Source: Balanoglossus misakiensis (taxonomy: Eukaryota; Animalia; Hemichordata). From it: a stretch of DNA of 64,000 bases. The DNA is taken from contig CM082590.2 in the NCBI GenBank assembly GCA_040954595.2, forward strand, positions 6,634,001 through 6,698,000, given 5' to 3'. Under the pieces are notes generated by a model. That model saw only the letters and a list, made by a program, of their open reading frames with translations. It was not told the origin of the DNA and searched no databases. The first letter of the stretch is position 1. Each line of letters opens with the position of its first letter. Positions 46,601 through 60,800 of this stretch are shown in pieces. A program made the position numbers and the translations under genes.

Positions 46601-49600
46601 TCAGGCGCACTGTATAAAAAGACTTTAGTTTTGTTCATTCTTTTCACCCAATTTGCTGTCTCTTCCCGATCTCCGACACGGACTATTCGACCTACGTCCA
46701 ATCCAAATGCTCTGCAATTTTTTCGCATTCAAATAGTGGATTGCCTTCGCTTCCTTCCATATTTCATGCGCACTGTATAACCTGTCACATTTTCTCAGTA
46801 TACACAGTAATAGAAAAAGAAGGAAAGTAAGGATCTTTTCCTTTCCTTGAATTGTACCACGATGTAAATTATCGACCCCTCAATTTAGAGGAAAAAAATG
46901 TTCTGTTTTGACTTTAGTATTTGGGTTAAATAAAGATTGTTAATACTCCAAAATGTTTAATGCTGCGGCGTTTGCTAGGTCAATGCCCTACACTATCCTT
47001 GCTGGTCTCAAGAAATGCAACTTTTTCCTGATTCTCAGACTGGAACACCCTGTAGCAATAGAACCCGACGTATTTACATAATGGGGGGGGGGAGTTGTCA
47101 CGTGAGCAGGTTGCATGTATCCCGGCAACACCCGCGACATTCTGGGGAGATTAGGACTTGCCGTTGAAGTGTGAGCATATCGCTCCTGGTTGTGGTGATC
47201 TGAATTCGTGTTTCACCCCTGTCTGTCTTCTATTTTCTTTCAAATCTTTCCCAACGTTTGTGGGAACACTTTCTCTGTAACCTCTGAAAGGTAGAGTGGT
47301 TGACTGTTTGTTTTTTGTGAGGGTTTTCTTGGTCTTTGTGTGAGCGTAATGCTTGGGTCGCGCGGTCGGTCGCGAGGTCGGTCGCGAGGTCAGCTGTCGA
47401 ACACTGTGTTTACAAGCACGTCTCTTTACGCACGTTCGTCCTTGCGCATGGCAAATCGAAGCGGGACTCGTAACGGGAACTTGCTCACACCATCAACGTG
47501 ATAGGTGTTTGATTTTGGCAGTTTTCCGTCGCCGTTGAGTTGGCTTTCCGTTCCAAGCTTCGTCTTTTACTTAGGCTCGATCATTTTTCGGCCCCAGTCC
47601 GATATAATTTCAGTTAGACAGTGATTTGTGTTTCTTGTTCAGTCCTCGTTTTACAGCTGTGTGACTTCCATTGTTCTAAGACAATGTAGCAAGTGTTGCA
47701 TAGGGTTATCGATTTTTTATCGCTCTGTTCTGGTGTAGCGTAGCTTGTACGTGCACTGTGCTACTATGGAATCGGTCATTGACAGTGACGTTCGTTCGCG
47801 TTTCCCCGCATAGTAAAACAAACGGAAGGAATTGAAAAATCGGCGGAGGGCGGGTACGATCGTCTTATGCGTATTTGCATGATTTCTTGTGTACAAACAT
47901 TACGTCCAATCCAAATGTTCTGCAAATTTTTCGTTTCACACATTCATATAGTGGACTAGCTGCCTTCGCTTCCTTCCATATTTCTTGCGCTCCTTATAAG
48001 TAGACTTTAGTTTTGTCCCTTCTTTTCACCCAATTTGCTGTCTTTTCCCGATCTCCTACACATAGCAGGATCACAGCCATTTTGTCTGATGATAAAGGTA
48101 TACAGTCACCTCCAATTTACATACGCCCATATATGGCTGAAATGGCGTATTTGAGCGTTCTAAAGAACATATTGTGGTGCTCTTTTTTTAGCGTGTGCCA
48201 CCCACCGAAAATCTGTGACTGGCTAGAACTCAATTTGCCATGGTAACTATAGCTAATTTTCAATAGGTGACCGTATATTGCCTTATGGCATTGCCTGTAT
48301 ATAATTTTTGTAAACAGAGTCTCTGGTTTGGCACATGCGCATAACACTCTTCTTATACACCAAGTCTAGTGGAATGAACACATGACACATTTTAACAAAG
48401 TGTTTTCTTTCGTATATTTTATTGGTTACACTTTTTTATTCGTTCTAGCCGAACTCCATCACAGATTCAATTACAGTCAACCACCTTCTCAATAACATGG
48501 TCGTCGTCATTCATTTTTTCATAATTTTGTTTTATGAAGGTTTGGTGACCTTCAAATGCCATGGATCCATACATATTTCACCTAAAATAACACAAATGAC
48601 AATATTCTCACCAAAATCTACAATACAGGAATATATATATCTATATATGTATGTATATATTTACAAATTCTTTCGAGTTGTTGTTCACACTTGCGCTAGT
48701 GTGCGCATGCCTAGTGAAGATCTTGAAAGGACCAAGCATATGAATTCAAAAACAATGATTGTTCACAAAATAAATATTAATATATGTGAGCTATGTCAAA
48801 TCTAAATGATAGGAAGAAGGGGTGCCTAACTGACCTGGAATTCACAAACCACGGCGCCATTTTTAGGCGGACAATTGATCAGTTGTCGACCATTTCCCGA
48901 AACTGTCGAACTTACACAGGGATTTAGACATGTATATTAAAGTACTCCTAAAGTAAAGTGAACTAAATTCATTGAGAGATTCATGAAAAATGACGAGTTT
49001 AGACTGATTCAGCAGAATCCACGGCGCCAATAACATCGAATTAGATAGGCCGGAAGTGACTCCCATAGGCAAAATGAGGTGACTGACGTCTATGCTAGTG
49101 TAAATTTTGGAGAAAAAAATGAAACATAGGTTGTGAATCAGAGAAACAAACTGCACATTTCTTACAAAGCCGTTTCAGACAAAATACAAACTACACCATG
49201 TTTATTATGGTGAGTATACATTGAAATAAAATATACACAGGAATATTTTGTATTCCTAAAACATTACCTTCTATGTTCGCTTTCGACTCGACCGTTAAGT
49301 GAGCTGGGTTTTTTCGGGGTACTCAGACAAATAGGCAAGGGCCTAAATCCCTAACCCTAAGTTTTTATTGCTCGTGCATTTCTAGTGAGAAAACAATACC
49401 AGAATACAGTAAAACAACATCAGCTGAAATCCCTAACCCTAAGTATTATTGCTTGTGCATTTCTAGTGTGGAAACAAGACAAGACCAGTAAAACAACGTC
49501 AACTGTCAGAGCACTAATGTAAATTGCGCAATCCCATTCCATTCTATTGTGTTCATAGGAGAATATATTTTAGACATTCTGGTAATCCAATATACCGTGT

Positions 49601-50474
49601 GCGTACTGTGGTTACATTATTTTCGCCAGCATAAGACGCATGCGCAGTGACCCTAACCCTTATAGTATTCATAGGTTGTATTTTATAAGTACAATTGGAA
49701 TACATGTATATTAAATTTAAATCATTCAACAGCTCTAGTTTATTGTGAGCTTGTATTCCGAACAGCATACATAACATTGTCGCGTGATGATAACTTTGTT
49801 CATCAAACACGACCCAGTTCACAAAACTAAGTACATAAAACCTCAAGTTCATATAACAAATCTCTGTTGGGATATGATGAAAATTAAGAAACTTATATGT
49901 AATTGTTAAAGTTTTACTGAATCTGTTTATTTGTGGCAATTTTATAGTGCATCTCTGCTTGGTCAAGTCCTTTAACTTGTAAGCATGCAATAATAAGCGA
50001 AAAAACATCTTTGGGTAAAGTAACATAACTTTAACTTGAAACTATATCAGGAGAAAAAAAATACCCATGATTCATTGCGGCTATTATGACCTCGCCCACA
50101 GCAGAGGATCATGGGAACTGGTAAATTGTAATTGTGCGACAGATGGGAAATCTTGAGCATCTAAACAAGTTTTTTTAAAGTATGGCCACTGTCAGCAAGG
50201 ACACAAAAAAGAGTTGAAAGTACACAGCACTTACACTATGATAATGTCTATACACCATAACTAAAATACCGCATATACTTTAACACATGTACAAAGTATT
50301 TTCACAGAAAGTTCTGCTAAAGGTAAAGCCAGTTCACCTGAGAAAGTGAGATTTTAATTCTTAACCATGCACCCCAACACTGTAATGAAGATGTAATAGC
50401 TAAAAATAATCATGGCATATTCCAACCTCAACCTTGATCAACTGTTTGCTAAGGGTTAAATGACATAGCAGATA

Positions 50475-50681
50475 CTGTAAAACACTTTATTTTCGCGAGT
50501 CAAAATTTTCGCGATATCGAGAGAGGCCACTGTTTCGCGAGTATTAATTTTCGTGTTCTCTTTTTTCATTCACTGTATCGTTACCTTCAAAAAAAATTAC
50601 ACGACTTTTTATTTTCACGCTATTTTGGCTCTCGCGTATTTGGCGAAAATTAATTGCTCGCGAAAATAAAGTGTTTTACAG
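50475..50681. mobile_element. TA-flanked MITE (Tc1/mariner-type or similar), ~207 bp
   Basis: TIR CTGTAAAACACTTTATTTTCGCGAG at both ends, flanked by TA. Second copy at 54535-54743. Confidence 0.85.
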
Positions 50682-51047
50682 TAGTTAAATTATACACAAA
50701 TAAATTTGATTGTACAGACGGTGTTTTGAAGTGTATCGAGTTTTATTCAGAATTTGATGGGACTATTTTTTGTTGATATTGCTGCAATTTCTTGTTGATT
50801 ATAATATGCTGAGATATTTGCCCTCCCAAAAAGATAAACAGACTGAAACTGTTTCAAGAACAGAAAATCTAATTTTCCAACTCGGGGTGATTTTAACAGA
50901 CATCACATCTGGGAAAACATGCTAATTTCCTCGGTTTTTTTTACATAATTAATCATCTATACATTCCGGACAAACACACGCGCACACAGTGCGACACTAA
51001 AAGATCCTGATTCAAAATATTCTTTCTGGTTAAAATATTCTGATTTT

Positions 51048-51872
51048 TTATGTACATTTTTCTTTGCGTGCTTTGACGCCTTCACCAGCGCATCGTATCT
51101 TGTCGGCCTTTGGAGGGTGCAGGACGGAGGCATTGCATTCAGCGCATTTAGCTTTGACGCAGAGACCCCCCAGTTTTTCTGTTTGGGCGCCCTCTATCAG
51201 GTTGACGTGCTGACAGATTTTCAAGACTCCGCAGTACCCTAGGGCTGGGTTATCGCTGCCCTTGCCAGTGGGGACACCTTTGGAACCGTCGTTGTCATCG
51301 ACGTCCAAAGTGGGGCTGAGGATTGCTTTGCCGTATCGGTCGGGCTTTCGGAATTTAGGAAACTCGGCCCCGTCTTCGGGCATGTCGCCGAAGTTGTTAT
51401 CGATGAAATACGCCCCGTTGCCGAAAAATTCGCTGGCGGGCAGATTTTCGTCCTGCTCCGACCGTCCCGGTGGTGGTGCTGCTACTTTGGTATTCTTTGC
51501 GCACGCGCGAGGGATACCGATATTGCTTCTTGTAGTGGTGACGTCGTCGTCGTTGGGCGGGCCGGCGCCCCCACAGACCAGCTGTGCTTGTGCGTCGTTT
51601 TCGTCGTCGTCCGAGGATTCCTCGGTGGCGGTGCTGTCTTCCTGACCGTTCTCCATGGGCTGGCCGATACCGCTCTCCTCGAAGTGCGCCTTCACCTCTT
51701 TTGCCTTGTCGCGAATCAGGTTCCAGTCAGTCAGGATGTCTTCCTCAGTAGAGTAGCGTGACGTGACGGTGAATCGAATGACATAGTTGTTCTTTAAGGA
51801 CGCTGGGACCATGTACACTTTTCCAGTTTTGTTCAAGCATTTCAACAACGTCTCAGTTAATTCGTCAGGTCC
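51048..51872 (-). CDS. HDC: HDC terminal exon with long acidic C-terminal extension
   Basis: [23 protein letters not shown]...YVIRFTVTS...DILTDW, then ~215 further codons to TAA. CAG acceptor at 51873. Confidence 0.9.
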   Translation of the reverse strand, partial: GPDELTETLLKCLNKTGKVYMVPASLKNNYVIRFTVTSRYSTEEDILTDWNLIRDKAKEVKAHFEESGIGQPMENGQEDSTATEESSDDDENDAQAQLVCGGAGPPNDDDVTTTRSNIGIPRACAKNTKVAAPPPGRSEQDENLPASEFFGNGAYFIDNNFGDMPEDGAEFPKFRKPDRYGKAILSPTLDVDDNDGSKGVPTGKGSDNPALGYCGVLKICQHVNLIEGAQTEKLGGLCVKAKCAECNASVLHPPKADKIRCAGEGVKARKEKCT

Positions 51873-54800
51873 CTGTTAATACATAAAGAGGTGGGGGGAT
51901 TATTAGATTGTGTACAATGGCGATTATTTACATAGACTTACTGCTTATGAAACTTAACCCCTTACAAAAAATCCAAGTGTATTTCCTATAAGACATGGTT
52001 ATAGGAGTGTTAAAAGATTTTGGAACTGGAACCTACCCTATCAGAATGATACAGGGATACCATGGGAGAGTTCATATGCTATAAGGCATTTCATACAAGT
52101 TTTACAGCATGCAGTATATAGGGTTACAGAAAGAATATAAGCTCTTTATAGCATTCTAATTATAAAGGATATGTTCCAAACTCTTATAATACAAGGCATC
52201 TATATTCCATTTCCTATAGAAATCCAGTTGGCATTTTTGGTCCAGTTGGAATATTTTGTTAGGGTTCCCGAGTTTGCTAACATAATTTCATTAGAGGCCA
52301 ATAATTAAAGCCTAATCCACTGACCTTTAACCTGAAGACGACCAATCCCAGGATCCTCTCTGCTGCCACCTCAAAGCCAGGCTCACAGCGAACCCATTCT
52401 TCAAACATTTTCGCCAAACGTACGCCCTGAAAATGAAAAAAAATGCTTATACACTTTTTAACAAGAGAAATGCGCTGCCTTTTGTTTTTCATGCAAATTA
52501 CCTCAGTTTAACAGACGACGAATAAAATGGCTCTGTTTTACAGCTCATGACATAGTACAATATACAGAGGTCACATGATCGATTCACCACCTGAGGGCGT
52601 ATAACTTCATTGGCCAATACATACAGAAGGTAGCCAACTACAATAATGAAGATTTCATTTAACATTTATTCATTTATTTCATTTATCATACTGGAAAAAA
52701 TGTTCCTTATACATGTAGTCAGCATTGTTGTTGGTGCAACATTTGAATTTAAGTCCGGACTAGAATTCATTTTTCAACAATAACACAGACCATTATAAAC
52801 ATACAGGCTATGTTGATAGCAGAGTACTGGGTACATTAGAATGCTGTTTGGAGTAGAACAAGAAATTGTATTTGATACACAGAAGCCAAACGTTACAGCT
52901 AATGTCATTTTAATTGGACACCAGTGAATCCATGCAGTGTATACCAGACGTTACCAAAGAAACACTTTTTTAGTAAATTACCTTGCGGACGTGGTCCTGC
53001 AGTCCCTGGATCCCAAAAGAGCGGATGACAAACCACAGTTTCAGGGAACGGAATCTGCGACTCAGTGGTATCTGCCAGTGCTGTGGAAAGACAGATCACC
53101 AGCATGTTAAAGCCTCTAGAGCTGCCACTTTTTTCATGATTTTATTTTCCAACTTATATTGATCCATCTAAATAAGCTTACTGATAGGTATCTACGTACA
53201 TGAACACCTTAATATTATACCATCTGAATACTACTCCAAAACATATTTTGTATATAAAGCCTCTAGAGCTGCCACTTTTTGCATTATTTTCATGATTGTA
53301 CTTTCCAACTTAAATTAGTCCATCTACATAAGCTTACTGATAGGTATACATGAACAGCTTATCGATGCCCGATTGTGACTGCATGTCGCAATTTGTACCA
53401 CTATGGATTAAACAGGTACCACATCGATTTAATCAGCCTCCATACAAACAGTACACAGCTATCATGGTATGTGTCGCCATGATCGCAGTGATCATACAAA
53501 TAACAGTGAGAAAAATAACAGAACTTTTAAGTGTTAATTTTTTCTGCTTAAACTGGTGTACAACACAAAATATTCAGTTGAAGCTTAATTTTAAGAAAGT
53601 CAAACAAGAAAATGCATAACAAACAATGATCAACTAATTAGTGTGTTAAATCAAAGGTGTTGGCATGGTAACAGCGGAAATAAGACCAGAAAAAACACAT
53701 ATTATCAAGGACAATCAATGACACACTTAATTAAGGCAACATTGTTCATGCAGTGGATAACCTTGTTTAGCTATGCATGCGTGACTTAGAAGGGATGTTT
53801 GCTTAATCTGCCGGATAAATCGGCCAATGACATTGTACCATCAGGGTACGTGTCGTGTTGGCAGATCTTTAATAAAAGAAAACATATTTTCGACTAATTG
53901 TCAATTGCCTTACCATATAGTCAATTGCAAGTCCTACAAAGCAAGAAAGATGGACAAAGAAGTCGTATAAGTTGTGTATCAGTGGAAATGGTTATGCATC
54001 TCTCTAGATATAAAAGCATGGACGTGATCTTATCAGGGGAAAATATTGATAAGGAGAACGCCCATTTGATAAGCGATTATGTTTTTACTGATCACTAAGA
54101 ATTCAAAATGCAAAGATGTCTTGGCAGAATGTCTGTCCATCGCTCTCTCTCTCTTGATTGTTGGGGAAAAAGGAAATCCCGCTTCACTATAAAACAGATG
54201 TTACTGAAAATATGTTTAAACAAATAAGACTCAATAAACCTGAAGTAATAATTAGGCTGCTTTCTTTTGGTGATATCAGATCACTAAATTCACACCATAC
54301 ATTGATTTTGGTGTGTAGTACGTAATAAGCAATACAAGATTAGTTTATAGTCTACACGTTAACCTTACCTGATTTGTCATGTTTGAGGTACAATGGATTG
54401 ACGTTGAACGTGTGGTAGAGAGCAGCACTGTTCTTCACCCTGGAAGTCAAAATAAGTTTTTTGTTAAATTTTTTTTCAAATAGTTGCCTCCGTTCATATT
54501 TTGGTCACTTTCCAGTATAAAGTACCAGTATATACTGTAAAACACTTAATTTTCGCAAGCAATAAATTTTTCGCCAAATACGCGAGAGCCAAAATAGCGT
54601 GAAAATAAAAAGTTGCGTAAATTTTTTGAAAAGATAACGATGCAGTGAATGAAATAAGAGAACGCGAAAATTAATACTTGCTAAACAGTGGCCTCTCTCG
54701 ATATCACGAAAATTTTGACTCGCGAAAATAAAGTGTTTTACAGAACTATAGAAAAAATCTTCGGGCAAATATGGCCGACTCGAGGCAGAGGAGTCTGGGT

Positions 54801-57800
54801 TAACGAGACTTTCTCAAAGTACAGTCAAGCCTGTCTATAGTGGGCAGTCAAGGGACTTTCCTAAACTGGGCTTTATAGAGAGGTCACCTTTGTATAGAGG
54901 TTAATTAGCTCACATGTGAATTGCACAGGGACTGTAAGAAAGTGGCCACTATATAGAGGTGGCCACTAACACAGGTTTGACTGTACCGGTACATGTAAAT
55001 TGCACAGGGACTGTAACAAAGTGGCCACTATATAGATGTGACCACTAACACAGGTTTGACTGTACATGTAAATTGCACAGGGACTGTAACAAAGTGGCCA
55101 CTATATAGAGGTGGCCACTAACACAGGTTTGACTGTACCGGTACATGTAAATTGCACAGGGACTGTTACAAAGTGGCCACTATATAGAGGTGGCCACTAA
55201 CACAGGTTTGACTGTACATGTAAATTGCACAGGGACTGTAACAAAGTGGCCACTATATAGAGGTGGCCACTACCACAGGTTTGACTGTACCGGTACATGT
55301 AAATTGCACAGGGACTGTAACAAAGTGGCCACTATATAGAGGTGACCACTAACACAGGTTTGACTGTACATGTAAATTGCACAGGGACTGTAACAAAGTG
55401 GCCACTATATAGAGGTGGCCACTAACACAGGTTTGACTGTACATGTAAATTGCACAGGGACTGTAACAAAGTGGCCACTATATAGAGGTGGCCACTAACA
55501 CAGGTTTGACTGTACCGGTACATGTAAATTGCACAGGGACTGTAACAATGTGGCCACTATATAGAGGTGGCCACTAACACAGGTTTGACTGTACCGGTAC
55601 ATGTAAATTGCACAGGGACTGTAACAAAGTGACCACTATATAGAGGTGGCCACTAACACAGGTTTGACTGTACCGGTACATGTAAATTGCACAGGGACTG
55701 TAACAAAGTGGCCACTATATAGAGGTGGCCACTAACACAGGTTTGACTGTACATGTAAATTGCTCAGGGACTGTAACAAAGTGGCCACTATATAGAGGTG
55801 GCCACTAACACAGGTTTGACTGTACATGTAAATTGCACAGGGACTGTCACATAGTGGCCACTATATAGAGGTGGTCACCAACACAGGTTTGACTGTACAT
55901 GTGAATTGCACAGGGACTGTAACAAAGTGGCCACTATATAGAGGTGACCACTAACACAGGTTTGACTGTACACGTGAATTGCACAGGGACTGTAACAAAT
56001 TGGCCACTATATAGAGGTGACCACTAACACAGGTTTGACTGTACATGTGAATTGCACAGGGACTGTAACAAAGTGGCCACTAAGAGAGGATGACTGAAGG
56101 AACAGAACTTACCACATGGCAGTGCAGTCAAAGTGCACCATCATCCACTTGCTGGGGTTAAAGGCAAACGAGCCAGCGTATTCTACTCCCGTCAAATAGT
56201 GTCGAAACTCCGGACACATGAAAGCTGTCCCGGCATAGGCAGCGTCAATGTGCATCCAGATGTTCTCCTCCTCACCTGGTAAAAACACAACATGCAGAAA
56301 AACTGTGTTCCAACATGTGTTTGAATATCACGTGCATGTTTTTTGACTGGCCTGCACCGAGTGGCTTCGCTTGAAGCCAACCAACAAAGGTCAAATGCAG
56401 CCAGTATTCACAAACAACCATTTTCCCGGGAATAAATCTGTCTTGTTCTGTCTTCGGCCTTTCAACAAGGGCGGTTAATGAGCAACTGACACTGTTATTG
56501 TTGTCAAAGACTTTATGTCAGAAAATGTGTTCTACAATGTGTTTGAAGATCACGCGCATAATTTTTTGTATAAACTGGCCGTGTAGAATTGGCTTCCAAA
56601 AGATGTATAAAAATCACATGCACGTTTTAAGTATCCTGTATTGTGCGGTTTCATCGAATAACATATTGGCTTTGGAAGAAAGTGCATGAATGTCAAATGT
56701 GACCCAATATTCAACCACAATGATTTATTAGATGGATGGGAGAACCAGTTGATTTCTAAGGAGTGGATGGTGTTTTTTTTCGGGGGAGGGGGGGAATCAT
56801 TGTCTGATGGTGCGGAGGAATAGTATTCTTCTGCAATGTGTTGAGAAAAAAGGGGGACTAGTAATCTAAAAACGTATCGAGAAAAATGCTGTAACGGTGA
56901 CTGAAAAGAAATTACTGACATACCAAAATCCTCCACCCCCCCCCAAATGAAATGGTTCTCCCCTAACTTCATTCGCGTGACCCCCAGGGAGACAGCTAGC
57001 AAACTTAAACTTGTTTGTGAAATGTGCACATACGGGTACTTACATATAGGCCCCAGTTCCGCCATGTTGTCGAAAGCACACGCCCCAGTTGTACCTAAAG
57101 TGGCGCACAGCTGAAACGAAAAACCGGTTGAATTATGTAAATTAGTATTCATGCAGCGTGTGGACATACTTCAGTGGAGGCGGTTTGCATCCGGTCTCCA
57201 AGGCCCAGTTGGTCGTCCCTCAACACCAATACGGCAAAGTGGGGGGATTACTCGGGGATTTGGGGAAATCTTGCCGGTGATGTATTCATCTCACCTACGT
57301 ATATAACGCCATCTGGGAAGATCTTGTGAACTGTATTTCAAAGCAAGAAACTGAATATCATGATTTCCCAGTGTTTTTGTTAAGGGCAGTACCCAGGTAC
57401 ATGTTACCGGGGTTCCCCAGTCATTTTACCAGGGATCCCCTTGGTATATCAATGCAGTCATACTTCCGTGTGAGGGCAGGTAGTTGGGAGAATGTCTCAA
57501 AGTGCAATGTTGACGACCAATGTCACAGTGTCATTAGGGGTGATGCCAGGTGGTTTAAATCAATACACCCTGTTACATGTGCTGGTGAAATAACGACACA
57601 AAGTAACGACACAAAATGGTGGTTAGGGACCGTCTCAGATTGTCACATAAGTTCAACAGACGATTTTGTTTTCGAACTACACTCCCCCTAATACAATTGC
57701 AAAAAGTGCGAAGTGGGTTGGTGTTGATGTTGTTGCTGTTGTTGCTGGTGGTGGTGGTGGTGGTGGCGGCGGCGTGGGTGGTGGTTTTGGTGGTTTTTGT

Positions 57801-60800
57801 GGTGGTGGCAGCGTGGGTGGTGGTGTTGTTGGTTTTGGTGGTGGTAATGGTGGTTACTAGTGGTACTGTTGTATTTTGTGAACATGTAACTTGACAACAG
57901 GAGAACAGTGTAATATTTCGCATTTTTTTAATTCATGGCGATAAATTAAGGACTATTTGAGAAAAACTCGTTGTTTTAAATGCAGGGAGCTGGTGGTGGT
58001 TATATGTGCTGTTAATACAAAAAGTTAACTAAGAAACATAAAAACAACAAACTACACGGCGATAAATTAAGTACTGTGGTCAAATGTTGATTCACTATAT
58101 ATCCACATGCAGAATAACATTAATGGTGTCTTGTACCAAACAGCACTGCACACATTTTTTCTTTTGCTTTAAAGTTTAAATCCAATAATTTAAGGTCATA
58201 TTTACTGTAAAAACATTGATTCTCTGTGTGAGAAGTGAAATTTGGTGGGTATACTATAACCACACAGGCAGGGAAGCCCTATGACTATGAGAAATGTTTG
58301 CAAAGGTAAGACTTACATAGAATGGAATGAGGCCTTTCTTCCTGTCCTCTTCGATGGCTTTCCGCAAGTCGTTGCCACGGAGACTCAGGTTTGAATCACT
58401 CGGTATGAAATGAATGTTTACCATGGTGATCAAACAGGCTTTCTCCACCGATGAATGTGCCTGGAATAAGATGAAGGACGAGTTTTGATCAATGCCATGG
58501 CGTAGGCTACAGACATCCAACATTAAGAAAAAAACAGAAAAGACCATCGCATGCTTTGAATACCCGCCCTGATCTGCATTCGAGTTATTAGAATATTTAG
58601 ATATGAATAAATCATATCACTCGTCACATATTAACAGAAGATAAAATATTTTTCACATTTTTGTGCACAGGTCAAGTATACATGGGTCTATTTTGATAAT
58701 TTTCATATTCTCCAACCCAGTCAGTAGCTTTTCAACTATAATGTGTAATCTGGCAGCTCATGGGGCTTTTTTGTAAAGAAAAATACCCAGTACTTCAAAT
58801 ATTCTCTGTGTCTTTTAAAATCCTCAACATCAAGCTATATTACTTGCATTTGCATCAGTTTGTATTCTCCGGGTGACGCATACTACGATAGTTGTCTATT
58901 CTTTGTGTGGCGGCCACGTAAATTAAAATAATTCAAATATTCTCCCTGTCCTTTAAAATCCTCACCGTTAAGCCATATTACTTGTATTTGCATCAGTTTG
59001 TGATCTCTTGGCAACACATGCCACGATAGTTGTGTACTGTTTGTATGGAGGCTGATTAAATAGGTGTGGCACCCGTTTAATATATCACTTATTCAAATTG
59101 CAACATCCAGCCACAATATGGCGTCGATAAGATATTCATATATCCAGATCAATAAGCTTATAGAGATGGGTCAATGTATTAGTTGAAAGTCAAATCATGA
59201 AAGAATGCAAATTATGGCAGCTATTGGGACTTAATGTTTTCTATTGAAAGCCAGGCTAACACGTGATGGGCATTTTTTTCAATCTGCGCACACAAGTTGG
59301 GATTAACATAAGTGGTTCGCTGTCAAATTCCCATGGTGGAACGGGCTCTGTCTGTTTGTGAATTATTAACGAGAAACGGATGTCGCTACTTTGCCAGAAT
59401 AACGTTGTTCAGGGTTTTTTGTCCCGTAAACAGCTGATTCTGCGCCGTTGTAAGGGACCGTTCAGTTTTTACGGCCGGGGGGGGGGGGCCGGCAAAATCC
59501 AGGGGGGGGGGGGGTCACTTGAATTTTGAAGTCCAAAAGGGGGGGGTCATCTGTTTTTTTTAAATGTTTAGGGGGGGTCACATACTTTTGCCACCAAACT
59601 TTTGCTTTTGAGTCCACAAAATTGCAGTTTCGCGCCCTTTATTTTACAAAATTTTCTAATGTGGGAGGGGGACACCCCCTCCCACACCCACCCCCTACAT
59701 TCTTTGCAACATATCGATTTTTGCTGGTTTGACTATTCTACCAGGGCAGAGTGCTTGCCACCCCAAACCCACTTATGATAATATTTAACAAAAATACATA
59801 AAGGAGAATAAACGTTTAAACCATTTTGCATAACTGATAGTTTCGTGCTGCATCTTCTATATGCTGGAAGTTTTATAAATGATGTCATGACGAAGATGAC
59901 ACCAAATCTTCTAACTTTGAATGGAATGTCAAACAATAAAATTGGTCCTCCCAAACATTGAGATGAATTTGTTTTTGAGTTCATAAAAATGCAACTTTGA
60001 GCTACATATTTTACAAAATTTTCTTATGTGGGAGGGGGTGTCCCCCACCCACCCCCTACATTCTATGCAACATATCATTTATCCGCTGGTTTGTCTAGTG
60101 TACCAGGGCAGACTTATTCCCACCCCACCCCTATGCTTACTTTGAGTGGAGTGGCAAAATCAAAATTCGTCCTGCCTAACATTGACTTTATTTGCTTTTG
60201 AGTTCATTAAAATGCAACTTTGAGCACCGTATTTTACAACATTTTCTTATGTGGGAGGGGGACACCCCCTCCCACGCCCACCCCCGCCACTTTTCTTGTT
60301 TTACCAATTCTAGCAACTATTGTATTGACTTGTCATTTTATTTTGTTCATAGATTTCTTTATTGCAACGATATTATTAAATAATTCAATTACTTTAAGAA
60401 ATTTATAATTGAGGGGTGAGGAGCCCCATTCCCTTTATTGCATACAGTGTATACATAGGATCAGGACGGCGAATGTTTTCGGCGTGGGGGGGGGGGTCAT
60501 CATATTTTTGGGTCTGTCAGAGGGGGGGTCATCATTTTTTTGGGCTGGGTGAAGGGGGGGTCGGCCTGATTTTGAGAACCGATGACACAAAGTTGCCAGC
60601 CCCCCCCCCCCCCCTGCCGTAAAAACTGAACGTTCCCTAAGTCAGTGGAGGAAAATTTACAGCGATAGCTGCACACACCTGCTTATACCGGTATGTCTGT
60701 AGTCTGCGAACACTGCACTAACTCTTGCAGTCTGAATACAGTCACGTCCATGCCATGCCCAACCTTATAAGTCGTTCTATAGCAACACGATTGGAACTAT

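Larger units (their letters stand above)
38395..48060. repeat. ~1.36-1.43-kb tandem repeat array (~5.5 units), unrelated to the Helentron
   Basis: Marker GTCC(G/A)ATATAATTTCAGTTAGAC at ~38503, 39861, 41237, 44767, 46193 and 47597. Repeated short ORFs with period 1425 (44300/45725). Confidence 0.92.

Noticed and set aside
49345-49665. CCCTAACCCTAA telomere-like hexamers
   Set aside because: Only about two repeats per site, partly from a local ~82-bp duplication; too short to call an interstitial telomere.
57573-57923. His-, Thr-, Gly- and Val-rich ORFs
   Set aside because: All are frames of an intronic (GGT)n microsatellite.
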